Shown one piece after another: positions 18,182 to 25,018 of a stretch of DNA of 25,018 nucleotides (the stretch's first letter is position 1; each line of letters opens with the position of its first letter). Position numbers and translations under genes: made by a program. The notes under the pieces were generated by a model, which searched no databases, was not told the origin of the DNA, and saw only the letters and a program-made list of their open reading frames with translations. The stretch is from Fibrobacteria bacterium (lineage in GTDB: Bacteria > Fibrobacterota > Fibrobacteria > UBA11236). The stretch is taken from assembly GCA_041746255.1 (NCBI GenBank), contig JBGTHM010000071.1:1-25018 (forward strand), written 5' to 3'.

Positions 18182-20347
18182 TTAAGGGCCAAATCCCTGG
18201 CTTTCATTCTCGCGCATTTCGGATTTTTTCCGAAGCCTTAACAAAGCCAGGGAGCGGCCGCGTAAACCATAACGCACCCCTTTGCGTAAGTAGCGGCGCT
18301 CGTGCTGGTTTCCGCGCGTGTCGAGCAGCCTCTCCCACTGGGCGTCCTCCCTACCCAAAGAGGGGAGGGCGAACAGCACGGTTTCATGATTGGCGTTGAG
18401 CAATAGCAACAAGGTATCGCCTATGATACGATTGCCATTTTCATCCAGTTCATCGATAGCGCTGCCGGCTAAAAGTACGCCGAGAGAGTGGACATGCGGT
18501 TGCGTCCAGGACTTTTCCGTCATCTCCTTGCCCGACGGATCGAACCAAAAGATATCCTTCACATCCGTCCCGCGTATGGCCCGGCCTTGGAAAAACTTCC
18601 GCCTTTGCAATACGGGCTGTTCCCGCCATATTTCAATGACATGCCGCGTAAACTCAAGTAGTTCCCGTTGGGGTTTTTGCAAGTTCCAATTCACCCAGCT
18701 GATTTCATTATCCTGGCAATATGCGTTGTTGTTGCCGCGTTGCGTGCGCCCCAATTCGTCACCCATGCTGAGCATGGGAACCCCTTGGGATAAGAGCAAC
18801 GTGGCCAGGAAATTTCTTTTCTGCCGCTCCCTAAGCGCCAATACATCCGGATCGTCGGTGGGACCTTCCGCACCGCAATTCCAGCTTATATTGTGGCTTT
18901 CCCCATCGTTATTCTCCTCCAAATTCGCTTCATTGTGCTTTTCGTTATACGTCACCAAATTGTTCAGCGTAAAGCCGTCATGGGCGGTAATGAAATTGAT
19001 GGAGGCATAGGGACGGCGTCCGCTTTGCTCATAGAGATCGCTGGATCCCGATATGCGCGTTGCAAGTTCCGATAATCTTCCGTCGTCTCCTTTCCAAAAA
19101 TGTCGGATGGTATCCCGATACTTTCCATTCCATTCGGTCCATCCCACCGGGAAATTACCGACCTGGTATCCCCCTTCCCCCAAATCCCAGGGTTCTGCTA
19201 TGAGCTTAACCTGGGACAGCACGGGGTCTTGATGGATGATGTCGAAAAAGGCTCCCAGCTTATCTACTTCGTGCAATTCCCGCGCCAGGGCGCTGGCCAA
19301 ATCGAAACGGAAGCCGTCCACATGCATTTCCAGCACCCAATACCTCAGGCTGTCCATAATCAACTGCAATACGCGGGGGTGACGCATATTCAGCGTATTG
19401 CCGCAGCCGGTATAATCCATGTAATAGCGGGGTTCATCCTGCATCAAACGGTAATAGGACGCGTTGTCGATGCCTCGAAGCGACAACGTAGGCCCCATGT
19501 GGCTACCCTCGACGGTATGGTTGTAGACCACATCGAGAATCACCTCGATTCCCGCTTTGTGTAAAGCCCTTACCATGCGCATGAATTCCCGTACCGAGCC
19601 TTCGGGGGTTTCGGAAGCGGCGTAACGTGTGTCCGGAGCGAAATAGGCCAAGGTATTATAGCCCCAATAATTGCTCAAGCCTTTTTCCACGAGATGTCGG
19701 TCGAAAGGGTGGTGATGAACCGGCATCAATTCCACCGCCGTCACCCCTAAAGCCTGTAAATGATGAATGGCCGGCTCGGTGGCTAATCCCGCATAGGTTC
19801 CCCGCATCTTTTCCGGAACATCCGGGTGTAATTGGGTAAAGCCTTTTACATGCATCTCGTAAATCAGGGTTTTATGCCAGGGGGTATGGGGAGGTTTATC
19901 GTCGCCCCAACTGAAAGCGGTATCGACTACCGCTCCCAGCGGCGCCGCAAAGGCATTGTCGCGTTCATCGAAAGACAGATCCTCCCGCTTGTCCCCGATA
20001 CGATACCCGAACATTTCGTCCGTCCACTTAATGGTCCGACCCACGGCTTTGGCATAGGGATCGAGCAAAACCTTATTGGGATTGAAGCGCATGCCTCGCT
20101 TGGGATCATAGGGACCGTAAACCCTATACCCATAAAGTTGCCCAGGAGCGATATCCCGAAAGTAGCCATGCCAAATCATGTCGGTTTTTTCCAGCAAGGG
20201 CAGCCTTTGCGATTCAAATTCGGACTCGGAGCTGTCGAAAAGGCATAATTCAACGGCAGTGGCATGTTCCGAGAATAATGCGAAGTTGACCCCATGTCCG
20301 TCGTAATGCGCGCCGAGCGGGTAGGGGTTTCCCGGTATATATTTCAT
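18182..20347 (-). CDS. glgX: Glycogen debranching enzyme / isoamylase (GH13)
   Basis: 721 aa; [53 protein letters not shown]. Confidence 0.97.
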   Translation of the reverse strand: MKYIPGNPYPLGAHYDGHGVNFALFSEHATAVELCLFDSSESEFESQRLPLLEKTDMIWHGYFRDIAPGQLYGYRVYGPYDPKRGMRFNPNKVLLDPYAKAVGRTIKWTDEMFGYRIGDKREDLSFDERDNAFAAPLGAVVDTAFSWGDDKPPHTPWHKTLIYEMHVKGFTQLHPDVPEKMRGTYAGLATEPAIHHLQALGVTAVELMPVHHHPFDRHLVEKGLSNYWGYNTLAYFAPDTRYAASETPEGSVREFMRMVRALHKAGIEVILDVVYNHTVEGSHMGPTLSLRGIDNASYYRLMQDEPRYYMDYTGCGNTLNMRHPRVLQLIMDSLRYWVLEMHVDGFRFDLASALARELHEVDKLGAFFDIIHQDPVLSQVKLIAEPWDLGEGGYQVGNFPVGWTEWNGKYRDTIRHFWKGDDGRLSELATRISGSSDLYEQSGRRPYASINFITAHDGFTLNNLVTYNEKHNEANLEENNDGESHNISWNCGAEGPTDDPDVLALRERQKRNFLATLLLSQGVPMLSMGDELGRTQRGNNNAYCQDNEISWVNWNLQKPQRELLEFTRHVIEIWREQPVLQRRKFFQGRAIRGTDVKDIFWFDPSGKEMTEKSWTQPHVHSLGVLLAGSAIDELDENGNRIIGDTLLLLLNANHETVLFALPSLGREDAQWERLLDTRGNQHERRYLRKGVRYGLRGRSLALLRLRKKSEMRENESQGFGP

Positions 20348-20530
20348 GCCATCAGCACCTTTTCCAAAATTTCACCTGCAATGCCTACTTCAATTTATGT
20401 TTAAACCGCTTCCAAGGGCAAAAAGAGTGCATTTCCGCATTTCGTGGGTATCGGGTAGCCCAAAAATTCTATTGACTTTTATTTCCGCAATTATTCCCTT
20501 GTTTTCTTACCCCATCCCAAGGAGAAGTGT

Positions 20531-20731
20531 ATGCCTGTTTATTTGCGTAATCTGATGTTACTCTCCCTAGTCACGTCGCTCCTGGCATTCGCAGGTTGCG
20601 CGTCCAATACCCCCGACACCACACCGGAAGAGGTCCCGGAAACCACGGAAGACACTTTCGGAGAACCCGATGACAACACCGGAATCCCCAGTGAAGAAGG
20701 CGATGACTCGTCGGATGGCGGCAGTTATTAA
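20531..20731 (+). CDS. Small acidic lipoprotein of unknown function
   Basis: 66 aa; AGGAG at 20520-20524; signal peptide ending in lipobox FAGC; mature part is D/E/T/P/S/G-rich with no K or R. Confidence 0.75.
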   Translation: MPVYLRNLMLLSLVTSLLAFAGCASNTPDTTPEEVPETTEDTFGEPDDNTGIPSEEGDDSSDGGSY

Positions 20732-20844
20732 GCAACGCCCCTAAGAGCTGTTGTTTCCCACCCTCAAATTGCGGTAAAATAGTCCTTGCCGGTTTAGTTC
20801 CGATTCAGGCCCGAATAGAGCGGGCCGGCAAGGCTTATCGCTTC

Positions 20845-21819
20845 ATGCAGCAACTCAATTTCGACTTTCCGGAAGTCAGCATTGTCATCCCCTGTTGTAA
20901 CGAGGCTGAAAATATCGTTCCGCTGTTTTCCGCGCTGGAGAAAGCCTGCGGAAATCTGGACCGGGAATACCTATTCGTCAACGACGGGAGCACCGATTCC
21001 ACCGGCCCCATTTTGGAAGAACTTGCGGCTCAGCATCCCCATATAAACGTCCTTACCCTGGTTCGCAACGCAGGTCACCAGAGCGCTCTCCGGGCGGGTC
21101 TCAAAGTCTCGCGCGGTCAATATGTCATTACCCTGGACGCCGACCTTCAGCATCCACCGGAGCTCATCCCCATTATACTGGAAAAGGCCCGCGAGGGATA
21201 TGAGGTCGTGCAAATGGTACGGGACGCACCGCAAAGGGGATTGTTCAAGAATATTTTTTCCTGGCTTTTCTATAAGCTCTTCAATCTGCTTTCCGATGTA
21301 TCCATTCCTCCCCAGGGTGCGGACTTCCGGCTGTTGAACAGGTACGCTTGCGATGTGTTGAACGCCCTCCCTGAGCGTAACCTGGTTTTTCGAGCCATCA
21401 TTCCTTACCTCGGTTTTCACACCGCCACATTGCCCTTTTCGCTTCACCCCCGGTTCCATGGAAAAGCGGTTTTTACATTCCGGAAATCACTGCAACTGGG
21501 TTCTCAGGCGCTTTTTGATTTTTCCACCATGCCTCTGCGCTTGGGTTATAAACTGGGGCTCATCATATCCAGTCTCGCCTTCCTCTACGGAATTTTCAAT
21601 GTCGCGGCTAAATTTTTCACGGATATGAATGTGCCGGGCTATACGGATATCATTGCATCCATTTTGTTTCTCGGGGGGCTCATTCTGCTTTACCAAGGCA
21701 TACTGGGGCGCTACCTCTTGGTGTTGCTGGAACAGAGCAAAAACCGGCCGGAATACCTGATACGACCCACCCAATCCCTCCGTCCGCCGGTCCGCGAAAA
21801 GACGAATCTTTCTTCATGA
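20845..21819 (+). CDS. GT2 polyprenol-phosphate glycosyltransferase (GtrB/CsbB/ArnC-like)
   Basis: 324 aa; VSIVIPCCNEAENI, VNDGSTD, RNAGHQSAL, LDADLQHPPELI, ADFRLL, two C-terminal TM helices, KNRPEYLI. Confidence 0.92.
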   Translation: MQQLNFDFPEVSIVIPCCNEAENIVPLFSALEKACGNLDREYLFVNDGSTDSTGPILEELAAQHPHINVLTLVRNAGHQSALRAGLKVSRGQYVITLDADLQHPPELIPIILEKAREGYEVVQMVRDAPQRGLFKNIFSWLFYKLFNLLSDVSIPPQGADFRLLNRYACDVLNALPERNLVFRAIIPYLGFHTATLPFSLHPRFHGKAVFTFRKSLQLGSQALFDFSTMPLRLGYKLGLIISSLAFLYGIFNVAAKFFTDMNVPGYTDIIASILFLGGLILLYQGILGRYLLVLLEQSKNRPEYLIRPTQSLRPPVREKTNLSS

Positions 21820-22538
21820 AGGGGTCTCGCGACTGGAGGGAATTCTGGAATCGGGAAAGCGCGCTTTTTTCCCGACGAAACTGGTCCAAAAACATGGAAA
21901 TATTCCTTCGTCACGCGCAACCCTATCTGGATTTGCGCGCCGAAGACCGCCTTTTGGATATCGGGTGCGGTGCCGGCGACTTGGAAGAGGCCCTGGCCGG
22001 CAAGGTTTCCGAAATTGTCGGATTGGACGTTTCGCAAACGCTGATTGACCAATGCCGAAAAAGACTCTCTGCTCATTCCCACATTCGCTTTCACCATTTG
22101 GATAAGGATCCCTTCGATTACTCCCACTTTGAGAAAAAACCATTTGATAAAGTGATCTGTTTGAGCGTGGTACAATATTTGGAAAACCTTTCCCAGATTG
22201 ACCGTCTCATTGCGGAGGTGGGTCGTCTCGCCAAGCCGGGCACACGTTTTCTCCTGGCGGATATCTGCCTATCCCAGTCTACTTTCGCCTCGCTTTTCGC
22301 TACTTTGAAGGCGGCATATCAGGAGAATTATCTGCTCTCCCATGTTTTTTTCCTAGTGCGTCTGGCTTGCTCCGATTATTCGCGGCTTTATCGTGCCAAG
22401 GGCCTGCTGCAATTTTCGGATTCCGGAATTCAGAAATGGATCCAGGAAATCCAAATGAAATTTCCCGTGAAGGCGACACGCGTCCTCCATCCACTTACCC
22501 TCTCGCTTAACCGAGCCCATATCCTTCTCGAATATTGA
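21816..22538 (+). CDS. Class I SAM-dependent methyltransferase
   Basis: 240 aa; ATGA overlap; LLDIGCGAG, VGLDVS, FDKVICLSVVQY, AKPGTRFLLAD. Confidence 0.88.
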   Translation: MKGSRDWREFWNRESALFSRRNWSKNMEIFLRHAQPYLDLRAEDRLLDIGCGAGDLEEALAGKVSEIVGLDVSQTLIDQCRKRLSAHSHIRFHHLDKDPFDYSHFEKKPFDKVICLSVVQYLENLSQIDRLIAEVGRLAKPGTRFLLADICLSQSTFASLFATLKAAYQENYLLSHVFFLVRLACSDYSRLYRAKGLLQFSDSGIQKWIQEIQMKFPVKATRVLHPLTLSLNRAHILLEY

Positions 22539-24832
22539 TACCCATGAACCGCATTCGCTTTCGCCGTATCATTCCGTTTTTTTGCCTGATTCTCGGATTA
22601 CTTCCGGTTCTTCCGGTGTTTATTTCGCAGTCCCCCATTCTCAACAATGATATGCTGGTGGCCTATTTCAGCTATTTCTGGGATTTCCATCGGAATTTTT
22701 CCTGGACCAGTCTGCCTACCTTCTGGAGCTCCAGTTTTCAAACGGGCATGCCCATGCATGCTTATTGGCAATCCGGGTTTCTTTATCCCATAACCTGGCT
22801 TTGTTTCGGCCCCTTATCTCCCCATAATGGCATCTATCTCTTCTATGCCCTGCATTTTGCCTGGGCCATATATGGTCTTACCCTCTTGGGACCTCGCCTG
22901 GGACTGACCCTTCCCGCTTCGCTATGGGCGGGAATTTGTTTTGGTCTTTCCGGCACGCTACTGGCTCGCTACGAGCACCCCACCTTTTTGGTCGGATGGT
23001 GTTTTATCCCCATCATTGCTTATGCGTATATCCGATTAGGACAAAACCCGGACCGCAAGTCACTTTTTCTTTACGCCTCTCTTATCGCCCTGCAAGCAGT
23101 CGGAGGTCATCCACAAGCGTCTTTTACTACCGCCTTGCTGGTAGCGGTTTTATTTTTGGGAACCCTTTTATCCCGCCCAAGCCGAAAAGCCTTGGGGTAT
23201 TTGGTTGGAGGCCAATTTTTGGCTTTGGCCTATTGCCTCCCCTTGCTCGTCCCGCTTTTCCAAATTCTAGGGGAAGTGGAAAGGTATGACGGGCAAAGTT
23301 GGGAAGTGTCTTCCGGAGAGCATCAGGAAAACAAAGAAGCAACCTTCCACTCGGATAGGGAAACTTTCAGTTTTGAAAAATTCTCTACAGGTGGGGTGCG
23401 TCCCTTGCATCTGGGTTCCTTGGCGCTACCCCGTCTATTAGGTACTCCCTCCAATGCTTCCTGGTGGGGTGGAGAGGTATGGGGAGAGGTTTTTCTCTAT
23501 ATCGGCGGTTTGGGAATTCTTTTCTGTTTCTTCGCTTCTCCCCGTCGCATGTCCAAACCAACGCGATGGCTCCTGGCAGCGGGGGCATTAGGATTATGGT
23601 TTGCCTTTGGCTCCAACCTCGGAGCCAGTCAAATCCTTTACCATATTCCCGGCTTCAATGAATTCCGGCGCCCAGCCCGCTATCTAGTCCTTTTTGTTTT
23701 GGCCATAGCCTTATTGAGCGCACATGGTTGGCAACGATGGATAGCCAAACCCCGTCAATTGAAACCCATCCTGTATCTGGGAGGAGGAGTCTTGTTCGCC
23801 GGTTTGGTTTTTTCCTCTTTGCATGCCAAACCCCGGATAGTTGTCGAATCATTGGGTTATCTCAGCGGATTCATGAAACTCGATCCCCATAAAGACTATG
23901 CTGAGAAAATCTCCCTTCTGTTGAAAAACATCGCCGTTGATAGTTGGATTCTATTTTTAGCCGTTGCCGGATTACTGTTTTTCGCCTGGCTCTCCCGTAA
24001 CTCCCAGAATGCGCGAAAATATATTCCAATACTTTTCCTTTTTTTATCCTTGGACTTACTGCGTTTACATTGGGATCACTTCTATCGTTTCCCCTCCGAC
24101 TTTTACCGGGAACCCTCCCGGACCGAGGCTTTTTTTGATCTAGCTTCGCAAGACCTTTGGCGGGTGGGGCATTATCTGGAATACCCGGGTTTAGAATTCT
24201 GGCAAATGCACAATGGACCCCTTTCCCACCTGAACCTTTTCGAAAGGGAGAAGCTTTCCCTCAGTTACGGTATTCACGCCATTTTTGGTTTCGATCATTA
24301 CAGTGCCCATCTTCCCTTTATCTGGAAGTGGAACGAGAATCCATCCCTGGCGGATAAAAGCGTCCGCTATTTTATGAGTAACAAGATTTTAAACCACCCT
24401 TTCCAAATGCTCGGCAGGATTGATTCCGTTTATGTCTATGAGATTGAAGGATGGCAGCCTCGTATGCAATTACAACGGGCGGCCCCTTTTTCGGGTCTAA
24501 ACCAAAACTGCAGCGAAGGTTTTACACCCCATTCCGGAATCTGCCTACGTGAAGTAAGGGATGGGCATTGGGAGCTGCAGGGGTCTTTTCGAGCAGGCGA
24601 TTCTCTCCTATTCCGCGAACGCTACCACCCGGAATGGCGCTATCGATCCCCCGGAAAAGATTGGGAAAAACCGCAACGTACGTCTCAAGACTTCATGGTA
24701 ACCTCATTCCAGGAAGCAGTAGAAGTCCTGGAATGGCGTTTCATTCCTTATTCATTATACCGGAGTTTGGCTGCAATCTGTTTTTCAAGTCTCGTCCTAT
24801 TTGGTATCCTGGGTCGAATCCGCAAAGGATAG
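22535..24832 (+). CDS. YfhO-like polytopic membrane protein (putative GT-C glycosyltransferase)
   Basis: 765 aa (TTG at 22535 overlapping the upstream stop, or ATG at 22544). PTFWSSSFQTGMPMHA...FLYP, GGHPQ, LYIG, IPGFNEFRRPARY, late LLFRERYHPEW and a terminal TM helix fit YfhO-type architecture. Confidence 0.78.
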   Translation: MIPMNRIRFRRIIPFFCLILGLLPVLPVFISQSPILNNDMLVAYFSYFWDFHRNFSWTSLPTFWSSSFQTGMPMHAYWQSGFLYPITWLCFGPLSPHNGIYLFYALHFAWAIYGLTLLGPRLGLTLPASLWAGICFGLSGTLLARYEHPTFLVGWCFIPIIAYAYIRLGQNPDRKSLFLYASLIALQAVGGHPQASFTTALLVAVLFLGTLLSRPSRKALGYLVGGQFLALAYCLPLLVPLFQILGEVERYDGQSWEVSSGEHQENKEATFHSDRETFSFEKFSTGGVRPLHLGSLALPRLLGTPSNASWWGGEVWGEVFLYIGGLGILFCFFASPRRMSKPTRWLLAAGALGLWFAFGSNLGASQILYHIPGFNEFRRPARYLVLFVLAIALLSAHGWQRWIAKPRQLKPILYLGGGVLFAGLVFSSLHAKPRIVVESLGYLSGFMKLDPHKDYAEKISLLLKNIAVDSWILFLAVAGLLFFAWLSRNSQNARKYIPILFLFLSLDLLRLHWDHFYRFPSDFYREPSRTEAFFDLASQDLWRVGHYLEYPGLEFWQMHNGPLSHLNLFEREKLSLSYGIHAIFGFDHYSAHLPFIWKWNENPSLADKSVRYFMSNKILNHPFQMLGRIDSVYVYEIEGWQPRMQLQRAAPFSGLNQNCSEGFTPHSGICLREVRDGHWELQGSFRAGDSLLFRERYHPEWRYRSPGKDWEKPQRTSQDFMVTSFQEAVEVLEWRFIPYSLYRSLAAICFSSLVLFGILGRIRKG

Positions 24833-24879
24833 GGAATCCGATGTAATTCCCATTATTTCGATATCTTCTTCCTGATTAT

Positions 24880-25018
24880 TGCAGAATCCGGTGAAAGTGA
24901 CCGGGCGATCCGGTTCAAAGTGACCGACAGCCACCCTTGTCATAGCCGGTCACCATGGACCGGATTTCAACCGATTAGAAGTTACTCATTGCCGGTCACT
25001 TTGGGTACGGATTTTGGG
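24880..25018. mobile_element. Terminus (probably left end) of an IS21-family insertion sequence; the element continues beyond the right edge of the window
   Basis: Starts TGCAGAATCCGGTG at 24880. Copies of the same ~20-bp motif at 24886-24904 and 24908-24927 (inverted relative to those at 21-132) and at 24946-24965 and 24992-25012 (same orientation as 21-132). Confidence 0.8.

Noticed and set aside
24832..24858. Possible terminator GGGAAT-N8-ATTCCC after the YfhO-like gene
   Set aside because: Weak 6-bp stem with a poor U-tract; not enough support.

Overview
Bacterial chromosomal segment. A TIGR02147-family gene paired with a lipoprotein suggests Fibrobacterota, but this is an inference. Both ends are termini of the same or a closely related IS21-family element: TG...CA ends with arrays of ~20-bp repeats, and no transposase gene inside the window. 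The left terminus truncates a secreted-protein gene. Between the termini lie: a TIGR02147 HTH gene coupled to a lipoprotein; DUF3817 and DUF1232/YkvA membrane genes; a surface-polysaccharide group (Zn-site SAM methyltransferase with a degenerate GT2-like N-terminus, Wzx-type flippase, two GT4 glycosyltransferases); a DHH/DHHA1 phosphoesterase plus CdaA-type diadenylate cyclase, both with non-canonical motifs (DQH and RHA), the cyclase ending in a CdaR-like membrane stump; an SGNH lipoprotein; a glgX - treS/mak - glgB alpha-glucan cluster without glgE; a tiny acidic lipoprotein; and a GtrB-like GT2 / methyltransferase / YfhO-like GT-C operon. All protein calls come from motif recognition by eye, with no database searches. 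The best candidates for undescribed biology are the variant c-di-AMP module and the TIGR02147-lipoprotein pair.
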